Shown here: piece by piece, positions 22,541 through 35,200 of the stretch
Layout of the letters: every line of letters begins with the position of its first letter
Position numbering within the stretch: position 1 is the first letter of the stretch
NCBI RefSeq assembly: GCF_021028975.2
Contig: NC_059427.1
Location: forward strand, 17,360,001-17,424,000
Direction: 5' to 3'
Length of the DNA: 64,000 nucleotides
Source of the DNA: Sphaerodactylus townsendi
Taxonomy: Eukaryota
The notes under the pieces: model-generated
The model's database searches: none
Seen by the model: only the letters and a program-made list of their open reading frames with translations
Told to the model about the DNA's origin: nothing
Program-made: the position numbers and the translations under genes

Positions 22541-23345
22541 TATTTTCCCTTCATGTTTCCTCCTTTGTTTTCCCAAGCACTTTTACCATGATTTTTCCCC
22601 TTCCTATTTCTGAGCCAGCTTCCCTTGAGCTTCCAGTCATGTTGAAACAGTCTTTATATCTTCACCCCATTAAATACCTGGCCTTTAGCCATGCCCCCAG
22701 CCTCCCCTTCAGCCATTTTCTGCTCCCCTTCATCCTCCATTTTAAAAAGGAATTTTTAACATTTTTTCTCTTTACCATATGGAACTAGCTAGGAAACCTT
22801 GAGGCAAAGATAAGAATGGGGTGATTAGATCCACTCTGTCAGTTTCACAGAGAGCTTGTGATATTAATGTTCAGGTACAGATACAAGGAAGCAGGGGACA
22901 TTAGATCAGCTTTGTCAATTTCACATGGGACCAGCCAGGTAACTTTAAGGGTAAGATACAATGTCTGCAATCAGGAGAGATGAAATTAACAAGAGATGTT
23001 GACTTTGCAGCGGAAATTGACAAGGGACTGCTGTGGTAATCATTGTGCTTTACAACAACTCTAATTTGGCTGAAAAATGTGTGTTGGGGTGGGTAGGATT
23101 AAGTACATGTTCCTGCTCCTTCAGGTAATGGGGCCTTCTCCAGTAGGGGTTGTTCGTGTTGGTGGGCTGGGGGGGGGGGGGTTGGCTTCCACTTTGTGTG
23201 GATAGTTCTCAGTGGTAGAAATGAAGGCTGAGACTTTTTTAAAAAAAATGCCACTTCAATACAACTGGACAATAATGCTAGAATGCCTGCGCAAAATAAA
23301 AAATGGAGGAGGGTTGTTCTTCTATGCCCTGCCCCCCCTTTCCTT

Positions 23346-23508
23346 AGTGCAGGCTGGAGAAGCGGCCTGTTCCCTTCAGGCTGAAAACGGCCTGGTGGGA
23401 ACTACACTTCCCATGAGACCCTGGGGTTCGCAAGGTCTCCTGGGAACTGTAGTTCCCACCAGGCCGTTTTTAGCCTGAAGGGAACATGCCGCTTCTCCAG
23501 CCTGCACT
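23346..23508. repeat. About 160-bp inverted repeat (MITE-like)
   Basis: agtgcaggctggagaagcggc...gggaactacacttccca / tgggaactgtagttccc...gccgcttctccagcctgcact; related partial copy near 60165-60265. Confidence 0.85.
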
Positions 23509-23925
23509 GTTTCACGATGGTAAGTGGGGGGCGGGGCCATTTTCCGCCCCAGGCACGTGCCCGGTGCAATGAGCACCCCCGGCCCACTAGTAGCTCTGAC
23601 TCTGCAGGAGTCCCATCGGGGGGAGGGGGGGAGAAGCTGGTTCACTTTAGCTGGGGATGGGCTGTCATAACTTCTGGTACCTGGACTCCCTTTGAATTAA
23701 ACCTGCTGACCACCTGAGCCTTTGAGAAGTGCTTTCCAGAGACCTTCCCCCACCCGCAATGACTTGAGGCTGTTGTTTCCAGATAACTAAGCCCCGACAC
23801 ATGATTCTTTGCCATTCCTGCTCCCAGTTCAGAAGCGAACAGGCCAATGCCGACCACAAGCACCACAAAACCTCTGAAAGACTCATTCAACACACAGAGC
23901 CATTAAATGCTGTCAAAACACATAC

Positions 23926-24822
23926 CTTCTGCAGTTCCTGACTAGCTCCAGAGGGTTCCTGTTCGCTCACGTAGGTCTCAGCCAGCTGAACTGCCTCCGT
24001 GCTGCTGCTCGGCTCCTGGGCTTTCACCCAGGCCTGCAAGGCCACCGGAAGCACTGCCAGGAACTGTTCCAAGATGACCATGTCCACAATCTGGTCCTTG
24101 TCGTGCTCCTGAGGACACAACCATTGCCGGGCTGCCTCACTTATGCAGGACAAAATCTCCTGGGGATTTGCTCCAGGTGGGACGGCGCCCGAGCGAAACC
24201 TCTGCCTCCCAGCTTCCTGGGTGGCCTGGGGGAGGGTTGAATGGGATGCTTGGGGCTCCTCACAGAGCATGGGAGTGGCCATGACATCACCATCCTCTAA
24301 TTTCTCTGAGCGCTCAAGAGAGTTTGGAGGAATTATAGAGAGTGATGAGGATGGATCCGTAGCAACTGACTTGGCCTCAGTGGCAGACGATGCTTGCGAA
24401 GGACACGTACCTTGGCGGGATGCTGCATAGATGTACTATACAAACTCAAATGCTGCATAAGCAGTTGGCTTCAAAGTTAGCTTTTTCACATTTTGGAAAC
24501 CTGGTTTCCTGCTGGGAACTGTTTCCGATAGCCCCCCAGAATTTGGCAAGACCGCTTCGTGGGTCAGTTGCGGGCCAGAAGGGATTGTTGTCATCTCTCT
24601 GCTGCCCTCTGTTCTCTTGGCTTCTCTGGGAAGGTGATTATGGTCTGAGAACTTGATGACACGGTCATCATAGGTGTGGGCTCTCCCTGGGCAGCGGTTT
24701 CTGTGGTAGTTTGCACATTTCCACACGGTTTTGTTCTTAAACACACGCTCCTTTGTAAACAGGTATCCTTTATGCAGCAGCTGATCTCGCCCTTTCTTAC
24801 TCTTCAAATACTGCAGGGGCAT
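23926..24822 (-). CDS. First coding exon of FLYWCH-SCAN-KRAB gene: FLYWCH zinc finger plus SCAN domain, with one in-frame TAG at 24436-24438
   Basis: YLKSKKGRDQLLHKGYLFTKE...TVWKCANYHRNRCPGRAHT...DHNH (FLYWCH), then RQRFRS...PQEILSCISEAARQWLCPQEHDKDQIVDMVILEQFLAVLP...WV...EAVQLAE (SCAN) in the same frame; acceptor at 24857, donor AAG/GTATGT. Confidence 0.85.
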
Positions 24823-25279
24823 TTTTTCAAAAGAACCGGGGATCAGGTTTGGGGATCTATTAAAAAAGACTGACAGCAAAGTTGTAATGAAAGAAAAATG
24901 AAGAACCCAGAGAAGGAGACGCTCACCGAGGTGGTGCTGCCAAGTAATACTTTCTCTGAGAGATCTTCAGGGTGCTGGGAAGAGATCCTTCAACATTACA
25001 GGGCAGGAAAGAGGACCTCCTTTCCCGAGATCGTCTTTTTGGTGATTATACTCACATCTTAATGATCCGCAAACGTTTTGTTCTCAAGTACTTGTTAGGG
25101 GATCCGCCCAAACTGAGTAGGTAATATCTGCCTTTGGGAAGCCTTCACGGCTCCTCCAAGTCCAAGCTGACAACGGGTGGATTCCTTTCCTTGTTAAATC
25201 CCAGATTCCACTTGCCAGGCGTCACTTCGCAGGAGGCTCCGGATTTCCAGATGTTATAAGCGCTTCCTCAGTCTGTTGA

Positions 25280-25690
25280 CAGGAAATGGGTGACTATCAG
25301 AGCCTGCGAAGCGGTTCTCACTCCGGTCAGCTCCCAGCGCAAATGGCTGCGAGGAAGCCAATCCGATTCTTGGAGGCAGTCTCTGTTGAGCCACGCCCCC
25401 TGATTGCACCAATCCCAGCAACGAAGAGCGAGTCCCCGCCAGATTGCCATTTCTCCCAGCAAAGCGCATGAGACAGACAGAGGAAAAAGGCCGACCACTT
25501 TCCCCCTAGTGGGCGAATCAAGACCTTTAACGTCGTTCCGGTGGAAAACGAAACTAACCGGATCACGTGACCAAGGGAGACTTCTTGTAAGAAAACTTTT
25601 TTTGGTCTGTTTGCCGGTGGGCGGGAGAGATGGCTCAGGCAGGGCGAGTATTGACGCGTGCACATGCACACGCATCCCACAACCCCTCGC
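25280..25690 (-). promoter_or_regulatory. CpG-rich promoter of the FLYWCH-SCAN-KRAB gene
   Basis: CCAAT boxes, TCACGTGA E-box (25563-25570), GC boxes and YY1-like AAATGGC upstream of a probable UTR exon ending at 24927 (GTGAG donor). Confidence 0.6.
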
Positions 25691-25813
25691 ATCTCCTCCC
25701 TTTGGGTTTAAAGTGTATTAGCCTTTGGCTCATTAGAAGCATATTCGAAAACTTCAAATGAGGAAGTGCAGGGTTGGCTTGTACAGGAAAGCAATTAGCA
25801 AACATTCCTAGGT

Positions 25814-25975
25814 TTGGGTGCTGTGTGGTTTCCGGGCTGTATGGCCATGTTCTAGCAGCATTCTCCCCTGACGTTTCGCCTGCATCTGCGGCTGGCATCT
25901 TCAGAACACGGCCATGCAGCCCGGAAACCACACAGCGCCCAAGTGATTCCGGCCGTGAAAGCCTTCGACAATACA
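25814..25975. mobile_element. Penelope-like retroelement terminal fragment with inverted pseudo-LTR
   Basis: ttgggtgctgtgtggtttccgggctgtatggcc / ggccatgcagcccggaaaccacacagcgcccaa inversion; hammerhead core CTGAAGA...GAAACGTC on the minus strand. Confidence 0.7.
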
Positions 25976-26449
25976 TACAAGATCACAATTCATTCATAAC
26001 CTCCAATTGGGAGTCCACTTACTATCCTCATGGATTCATGAATGAATTGCGATCTTGGGACGCATATTATTCCAACGAAGTTTTTCCATCTACGAGGGAT
26101 AGTATTCCAATGCGGATGTGGCAACAACAGAAAGCTGTTGGTTTCTTGACTTCCCCGCAAGGATATGGTCACTTTCATTTCGAACTTAGCACTGGCACTT
26201 TATTACTATCTACATTGATGTGATATAGGTTACGGATCATGATAGACTTGTATGTTTTTGTATGTCGTAGTAGTAATAAGTTTGAATATTTATTTATGAA
26301 ATATACACATGAATAATTGCATTTATGAGAAAGTATAGCTAATGAATTGCACTGATAAAACTGATGGTATTATTGACTGTTTAATTGCATTATATAGTGT
26401 CCAAGCATGGTGTGCTATATTGTTGGATCGATTTGATATTGAGCCCTGA

Positions 26450-26660
26450 CATGGATCATCCCAGCTAAGCCAGTGTTGTCAGACTTGGAACCTAAGCAGG
26501 ATTGGCCCTGGTTAGTACTTACATAGAAGACCGCCACAGAAGTGCAGGGTTGGTTTGTACAGGAAAGCAATTAGTAAAGCTCCCTGGTTTGTTTTGTTTC
26601 ACCTTGAAGATTCTATGTGTTGCCATAAATTGGCTGCAATTTAATAGCACTTTCCACCAC
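26450..26660 (+). mobile_element. 5S rRNA-derived SINE
   Basis: ttggaacctaagcaggattggccctggttagtactt...agaccgcc resembles the 5S internal control region; related minus-strand copies near 44200-44350 and 47920-48110. Confidence 0.65.
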
Positions 26661-29600
26661 TAGTACGCTCTGCTAAAACCAAAGAACTAGTTAGTCATGA
26701 CTACTTTAAGTCTAATGGTACTTAACACAGTTCTTTTCAGATAGATTGGGACCTAATGGGGGAAGTATGGCATGGTGGAAGGGGTACCTTACTGTGTGGA
26801 AGTTCTACCTTAGAGCTAGTGTTAAACTGGACATTTTCAAGCCCACAAGTTGCTCCATCCTTTTACAAAAACCCTTACTGTTTAAAAATGTGATCTTCAA
26901 ATTTCAGCCCATCTAGGAGTCTGGCAGCATCTCCAAGGCCTGCACCAGTGAATAATAATACCAACCTCTTCCACCAAAGCTGAAAGGGAAGGTGACTAGG
27001 CTTGCAAAGGGAAGAACACAAGAAAAAACTTGTCCTCTTAATGCAATGGGGAAAAGAGAACTGAGGAGATTGCTTCCTCTTCTTCTGCCCTCTTGACTGT
27101 TTCAGTGGGAAATGTTCCCATCTTCAACTTGAGGGGGAGGGAAAGGGAGCATTCTGGAACAGTATACAGAGAAAAGCTTGTCACTCTCCTGTGTGGCAGG
27201 GCTGCGCACACCCAGTCCCAAGAGGGACTGCACATAAGTCCATGAAGATGAAGAAAGACTTCTCTCAGGTCACCAAATGAGCTTCAGGGCTGATCAGGGT
27301 CTACACTAGGGTGGCGCCGCAGCTGCTTACCAGAAGCAAACAATACCAGCATTCGCTCTCCTCTCCCCCCAACTCCACCAGACCACTTTTTTTTCCTGCA
27401 AGCCCTGGCTTTCTTGGGCCCAACAGCTCTGGGAAGTCTACAGTGACGTCCCTGGAGATTGAAGAAAATGGAAGCAGAGATAGGAGAGCACTTTACTGCC
27501 TGGATCCTTGCAACTCGTGCAAAGCTCACTCCTCTAGAAATGGCTGTCTGTAGCCACCCAAAGTAGCAGTAGGAGGCTGAAGTGGGCTACAGGCATACAA
27601 TGTTGTCTCTGAAACCCCAAGGACTGCGCTATGTACACGTTTCCACTCGCTAAAGCAATGGCTTCCAGTCGATTTCCTCAAGCTGGAGGGTTACCGGTAT
27701 TTGCTTTGTTTTCATTGTAGCCCTATTGTTAACATGCAGTATGTCTGCTCATTGATAAACACAAGCAGAGTTTGGTTTGCACTGCATCAGCTATACAAGG
27801 TTGGGGTTGCTCCCGCTGGTTTTCTAATTTAGGCCTACCTTGTGAGTCTTACTTGCAACTATCGAGGACTGACTAATTGCCTTCAACAATTAAATTTTCA
27901 TCCCAGAAACATGATGTAATGACATCTTGATCTTTGTTGGCTTTGGAGGCCTGACTGCCCCCGCCCCCCGCACACACACACACACACACACACACAAATG
28001 ACAAAAACAAATCTTGATTCTAGTTTATTTTGCAAATATTTGCCCCAATTTCTGACGTATTTAATACAATCCTTGTGAGGAAAAAAAACACTTCTTACAT
28101 ATATATTGCAACTATTTATAAAATAGAATTTTTTCACAGCACAGCAGTCAGCCCCGGCAAGGAAGTCAAAAGAACCCAGTTACAATTTTGGCACTATAAC
28201 TTCCACTGTACCCCCCAAGAATAGAAAGCCAAAGTTTGTTTTCATAGGCAAGGGCCAAAATTTACTTCACTTCTGCTATGAAAATATACATCATCACGCA
28301 ACACTTTGGCCCTTTCTGCACAAACCTTTTAGAATGTGTTGAGGCAGGAAATAAAATGTTCCCTCCATGGAGTTCCACATTGTTTTTTTTTCCCTTTTGT
28401 AATCCAAAAGTTTTATTTCCAACCTCAAAACTTTTTAAATGAATCCCCTTTTAAAATGATCCTTTAGCTTGACACATTCTCAAAACATTTTCACTTACTG
28501 TGTGATCTATTTACTAAGTTTTCTATGTCTCTCTGCTGTCCTCGTATGTCCTTGGTGCCATTTTATTGCGTCATTGAGCTCACTTCATTCCCCCTGTTTA
28601 TTTTCATCATTTCTGTACAGCATTGATTATACAGGCTATAGAATCATAGCAAACAGCATGGAATCACCAAATAACTCAAAAAAGGGGGGGAACCCCTCAC
28701 GGCAGCCATGAATTGTTTCGGGGTGATGAGTGCAGACAAACACTGTGGTAAAGGGGGGATTGAAAATGTTTTACAAACGTTTTAGGTGATTTGTATGGAA
28801 AGGGCCATAGTTTAACTAACGGAACTCACTGTCAAAAGACATAGTGGTGGCCACTAGTTTAGATAGCCTGCAAATGTATGGAAGATGACCCCGTCAATAA
28901 TTCTTAGCTAAGCAGCAGCATGACTCTGAAAATCAGGTGGGATTGGCAGAATGGCAGAAAGGGACAGATAAACTGGGAGCCAAGGTCTCAAGAAAAAGGG
29001 AGGCTGTAAGTAAAGTAAGTAAACAAATAAGTGTTCTATGTTTGTAAATGCCATAAACTGATCCCACAACTTCCTGCTGGGGGGTGGGGAAAATCTACCA
29101 ACACATTTACAATCATATACATACGAGTGGGTGTTCGGGACCATGTGGTAGTACTTATACAGGCAAAGTCACGCAGCAGACCAAAGGTTCATGTCAATGG
29201 TTTCTGCCATGTGTCAGCCCTTCCCTGTTCTTTTCTCTTAGCATCTGGTATTCAGAGGTATACTACCACTGAACATGGAAGTGCTATTTATCCACCACAG
29301 CAAACTGTTGTTGATAGATTTATTTGGAAGCAAGTCCCATGGAGAATGGGCTGATATACTTGAAGGTAAGTGTATACAAGGAAGCAGTCCTAAACATACT
29401 TATCTAGGAGTGCATCCACTTGAACACAATCGGCGTTACCTCTGGGTAGACAGTTTTAGCTGCCTCTGGGCTGAATCCCCCAGAAGAGTTCATGTTCACA
29501 ATAGTTCTTGCGCAATGGAAGCTTTAAAGTCGCTCCTTGCTATCTGCTTGAATTAAGCAAAAGTGAGTGGATCCTATCTTTCCCACAAAGGCACAGAACT

Positions 29601-31097
29601 AGGTATGCCTTCTGGTACCATTTCAAAAAGCAAATAAAATATGCAAACTGTCTGATGTACATCCTATTGGTCTATATGCACATTATCACATTAAAAGTGA
29701 TACTGAAGTGCCACACACTACAAACAGAACTGAGCTAAGTGCATTTTCCTGTCTGCTCAAACATCACTGGATCCAACCGCGCATCTCCCAAGAGTGGGAG
29801 AAAAATCTACCAAGATACGAAATCTACCAAGAAAAAGATATCTTGATAGCAAGGTATCAACACTGTGGTATCTGGAGCTACCCATAGGAGTTTGGTGCCC
29901 AAACTGGCAGGAGTATCCAAAAGGAACAAGAGGGAGGGGTCTCTGTGTCATGCACCAAGCTCCTTCCAGAAGGTCCTTTAGAGACAGAAAGTCAAAAGGA
30001 GCAAACAAGCCAGGTCCCACAGGTGTAACTTAAGAGCACACTTACAGTTTGGGGCCACAGCTTCAAACTTCCTCACTTCTTATTTTGCTTGGACAATGAC
30101 AGGTCCTCTTTGCCTGTGGACCCAGTTGTGTAACATATCACACTAGCTGCACAGGGCGCAGTGGTTACTTACTAGACGCTCAAATCTAAAAGTCATACAG
30201 ACTGACTAGCAACGGACAGGAGAAGGAACCATGATCCAGGGCTCCCAAACCTTTTTGAATTCCGACACAGTGAGGTAGGTGCCGCCACAAAATGGCGGGC
30301 ACAGGAAGCCGAGCCAGGCACAAAATGGCTGCCACAGCTTACCTTCAGTCACACAGTGAAGATCTTTGTGCTGTGCTGGCAGCTGCCAATCTGCACAGGC
30401 AATCCGTTCCCCAATGGCCTATCAGAAACCTTGCCAGGCAAAGGCCCTACCTGGACCCACTCACTTAAAAAAAAACCACGTAGTGGGTGCTAGGAAAGGT
30501 TTCAGCAGGCACTATGGTGCTTATGGGGACTCCTGCCATAGTCCATGATACTCTGTATTACAGAATGCCACCCTAAAGTATGCTATTGGCTAGAGAGGAT
30601 ACAGCTTTCTGAAAATCACACCATTCACTGGAAACAGATTAAATCCCAACTATTCTGTTTCCAAGAAGATTACATATTGTTTAGGCCACAGTGTTTGTGG
30701 ACCATGGCTGATAAACCTACCTCAGCAGCAAAAGGAGTGGAGACAGTGGCCTCAGTGCCCAGCACAGCTCCTGTCTCCGACTCTCAAAAGGAACAGGAGG
30801 AAGCGCAGAAGAGAGTGTATGTGCTTTGCATGCAGAAGTTCCCTGGTTCAAGCCTCATCCTCTCCAATCAGAGGGCAGCCAAGAGTTAGGAAAGACCCTT
30901 TTTTGTCTGGATTCCACTGTAGGCACATGGCACAGATACCACTCAACCAGCGAGGCCAGCAGCCTCAGAGTAACGCAGCTTCATTCCTCTGCTCTTGACC
31001 AAAATGTGCTCTGACAGCAGGCTGGAAAAATAGGGCATGTCTGAGATCCTAGAGAGCAGCTGAACAGTTCCCTAAGAAGACCACTCTTACAGCTAAG

Positions 31098-31234
31098 CAG
31101 TGGTGGCAAACCTTTGGTACTCCAGATGTTATGGACTACAATTCCCATCAGCCCCTACAATTGGCTGTGCTGGCAGAGGCTGGTGGGAATTGTAGTCCAT
31201 AACATCTGGAGTGCCAAAGGTTCGCCAGCACGGT
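31098..31234. mobile_element. Palindromic hAT-type MITE
   Basis: Same family as 33167-33312. Confidence 0.8.
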
Positions 31235-32254
31235 GCTAGGGTCTGCTTCACACCTTCAGGGAATTCCAGGGGACTCCAATCTCTTAATCATCGCTAAGGG
31301 AACATGAATGCTGCTCACCTGAGAACACAGCCTGCTGATGTTATGATGCTGTTTTCTAAGAAAAAAAGAGGGTGGGGGAGAGGATGAAGGGGAAACTGGG
31401 CTGAACTCTCAAGCGTATGAAGATGTTCAGGTCTAGATGTGTTTTTTTTTCTTTACAAGCATTAAAAGACAAGCTGTGTTGTGCGGCAGGCTGACCACAA
31501 ACACACAAAAAATCCCCGTGCAGCAATAGGGACCAGGACCAAAAGCTGCTCTCGAAGGGCCTGTTTCCTAAACAGGGCACCAAAGTCTCACATAATCTTT
31601 TTTAAAAACATCATCACTCCCATGGGGGCTAAACCTTACTTTAAGACAAAAACCCAACATAAAAAGCCACGAGCCTCATTCATTCAGCAAGCAAAGGTGG
31701 CCTTCCCATTGGAACAGGGCTACCGCGTCCTGCGTTTTGCATCTGTATCACAGTGCATCTGTCCAAATCTTTTGGGTTCAAGCTGGGTTTCCCCCCAGGC
31801 ATATCAAAAAGAAAACCAGGGTGACGATAGATGTAACCTTCCAAGAGGAACAAGTGCCATTTTTTTCAGCTGTGGGACAACCTGTCCCAAGAAATATGTG
31901 CTGGGAACCCTAGCTGGACCTCCTGAAGGGGTCCCCATCCTATTGAGTCGAAGAAGAAGTTTGGGAGCCGAGTACTTAAGAATTCCTTTAACGGGGATGG
32001 CTGAGCCCCTGACTCTCTCTGGTTGCTAGAACCAAGTGAGAAAGAAGCTGTGATTAGGAAACATGGTTAGAAGTGTGTTGCCTCAAGGGCTTTCATCTCG
32101 GTGATTCACTTGGGTTGCAATCCACAGTCACAAAGTTCAGGGGGTGACCCCATGAGACAGCGATTCACTGGAAACACTTCTAGTGCCCATTTGTCGCTAG
32201 CAGGATTGGCCTGGAATCCTCTCTACCGCCACACTTCTTTCTTTGTTAGTTCCT

Positions 32255-35200
32255 TCAATCCATCGCAACCATCGCAGCAAGAACAGACACCTCCGCTCTC
32301 TTTTCAGTGTCCCTGGCCTGGCTCTGAGGGAGGTGTTCCAGCTGCTCCATCACTATTGGGAGACACAGGGCTGGGGGCTCCTGCAACAGCTGGGGAGGTC
32401 CAGCAGCAGCGTCCGGATGGCTCTTGCTCTTGTGAGCAGTGACATTGTCTTTCTTCTCAAACTTCTTGCCACAGAGGTCACAGGAAAACTGGTAGAAGGA
32501 GTGCGCGTCGTGCTTCTTCATGTGCCAGTTCAAGGAGGCTTTTTGGCGGCAGGTGAACCCACAGATCTCACACCTGAGCAAAGAGGAGGGACCAAGAACA
32601 GAATCACACACAAGGACTGATGAGCTAAAAGAGACCAATGGTCCATTTGGATCAGTACTGTCTCTCAGTCAATGGCCAATTAGCAGGCACCCAGAAGATC
32701 ACAAGCAAGATAGGGGAGATCTCCCCCATCTTCTCCTATCTGTCCTTTGCATCTCAGAGAATAACCCTCTCTTTGAACATGAGGGGTGTGATTTGAGTTA
32801 CCTCTGCCAGCAGCGGACCTACCTCCTCCATAAATGACCTAACATTTTTTTAAACAGTCATTTATATTAATGGTGACTGCAACAATTCGAGATGATTCAT
32901 CCCGTACGTGTGTCATTCACACCTCACTTTTCAGGCAACTGTCCCTCAAAGTAGTTCACATCATGAACAAAGGTAGATTCTACCCACAGCAAGAATACAA
33001 AGGCAAACAGCCCCCGGGAATATTCACAAGATAAGCAAACCCCCATCCCAAGAAACCAAAACCAAATGACAAGTACTGACCAGGAACCTGAAACTAAATA
33101 AAGCAAGTACTAGTTTGACAGCTGAGCACAGTGAACTCCATGAACGGGAGGCACCACAGAATAGGCCAATGGTGGTGAACCTTTGGCACTCCAGATGTTA
33201 TGGACTACAATTCCCATCAGCCCCTGCCAGCACGGCCAATTGGCCGTGCTGGCAGGGGCTGATGGGAATTGTAGTCCATAACATCTGGAGTGCCAAAGAT
33301 TCACCACCACGGGAATAGGCTCTGCCTTTAATCAAAAAGTGACAGAAACACACCAAGGAGGGCCACAGCAGAACATCTTAAGTTGTGGAACAGAGTCATG
33401 CTGAAGTAAGTCTTCTAGGCAGGTGGTACACAGTTGGTAGGTAATGTCGTCAAGGTGGCAGAAATTTCCAGGGGTTGGGGACAAGGTTTCAGTGCTCTGC
33501 AGACACCCTTCTATGCCTGGCACAACCAGAATGAAGTTGCAAAACAGCAAAAATTGAAGGGCAGGGTATGGCCAGTAAGGCAATCGTTCAAATGTGGTCA
33601 ACTTTGGTATACAGAGGGCACAGAAACCAGCTTCTCTTGGCATAGAATCTGGCTCATAAGCTTAAGATATGTTAGCACAGAGTACAGGCCTACTTACCGT
33701 ATGTAATTGCAAGTAGGGTTGTAAAACGTTAAATGTTTAAAACAATTTAAAAATAAAGATTCATTTGCCATTTATATGTTGCTGTGAATCGTTAAATTTT
33801 CTCCAAGGTTTGGAAAACCAGCAAAGGTTACCTGTGCATTCCAGGACTGTCTGTGCGCCAACAGATCCCCCCCACCCCCCACAACACTGGCCTTACAATT
33901 ATGTTTCAAGATTGATGTTGGAGCCTGTCAATTTTCTTAACAAAAACAATAGCAGAGTGGATAAGGTGTAAGAATATGTAGGTGGGCTAGAGATATTGTC
34001 TTGGTTCATATTTTGAGTGGTTATATATTTGCATTAATTGTTGCCCTTTTCAACGAAATGTACTTCTGAAATTGCAAGACGATGGATAGGCACCGTCCCA
34101 GAAAAAGCGGTGGGATTACTCACTGTAAAGGCTTTTCCCCTGTGTGGATCCGCCTGTGGATGATCAAGTTGCTACTAGTGCGAAAGGAGCGGGCACAGAA
34201 CTCACAGATGTAGTCTCGTTTGTCTGCAGGGAAGGAGAAAAGCATCTCGAGGGCTATTGTGCAGCAGAGGTGGGAAACCATTTTCCCTAAACATTATACT
34301 TATTTGTCAACAATCTATACATGCAAAACAATCATAGAATCATAGAGTTGGAAGAGACCACAAGGGCCATCAAGTCCAACCCCCTGCAATGCAGGAACAC
34401 ACAATCAAAGCACTCCCGACATATGCTCATCCAGCCTTTGTTTAAAAACCTCCAAAGAAGGAGACTCCACCACTCTTCGAGGCAGTGAATTCCACTGTTG
34501 AACAGCCCTGACGGTCAGGAAGTTCTTCCTAATGTTTAGGTGGAATCTCTTTTCCTTCACCTTAAATCCATTACTCCGTGTCCTAGTCTCTGAGGCAGCA
34601 GAAAACAAGCTTACTCCCTCTTTTTGTACCTACCCCAATTTATGTACCTATTTATAATTTTCAGTATTTATACATGTCTATACAATGCCATGTACAGCTA
34701 TTCATTAAATCCAACAGAGAATATTTTTCTCTTTTCACATAAGACTAAAAGACAACTATGGTGGGCAATAGTGTTGGGGCCTGCGGGGCGGCGGAGGGTT
34801 GCCACGCAGGAGGCAACACTTTTTTGCTCTATGGACCCCACTTCTAAATTCCTACATCTGTGCACCTAGCAATATAGGCTCACATGTATTGTGCTACAGG
34901 GGCAGATCACATGACCTGCAGAAGGTTCTAAGTTCCACTCCTGGCATCACCACCCAAAGTATCTCAGTCAGCAGGTGCCAAGGCAAAACTACCCCTGCCA
35001 GAGATCCTGGACAGTTGCTGTTTGTTGGACTAATGACCTTTCTAAGTGTGAGGCAGTTTTATATATGCAGGCTCATCATCCAAAGGGATTTCTCCAGTGC
35101 ACACTTGAGCAAGCTTGTCCATCTCACAACTAACCACTCAGTCAACTTTTGGCATCTTTCTGTAAATGTGGGTTCAGTTGAAACAGGGACACGAGCCAAA

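Noticed and set aside
26450-26550. 5S rRNA gene
   Set aside because: Diverged, partial and joined to a SINE body
27030-27560. Possible exon of a plus-strand gene from a bidirectional promoter
   Set aside because: No recognisable protein similarity or consistent splice structure
32255-32573. ZFP91 assignment from the last exon ([16 protein letters not shown])
   Set aside because: The N-terminal [11 protein letters not shown] domain and the [16 protein letters not shown] finger are ZNF692-type; the similarity reflects paralogy
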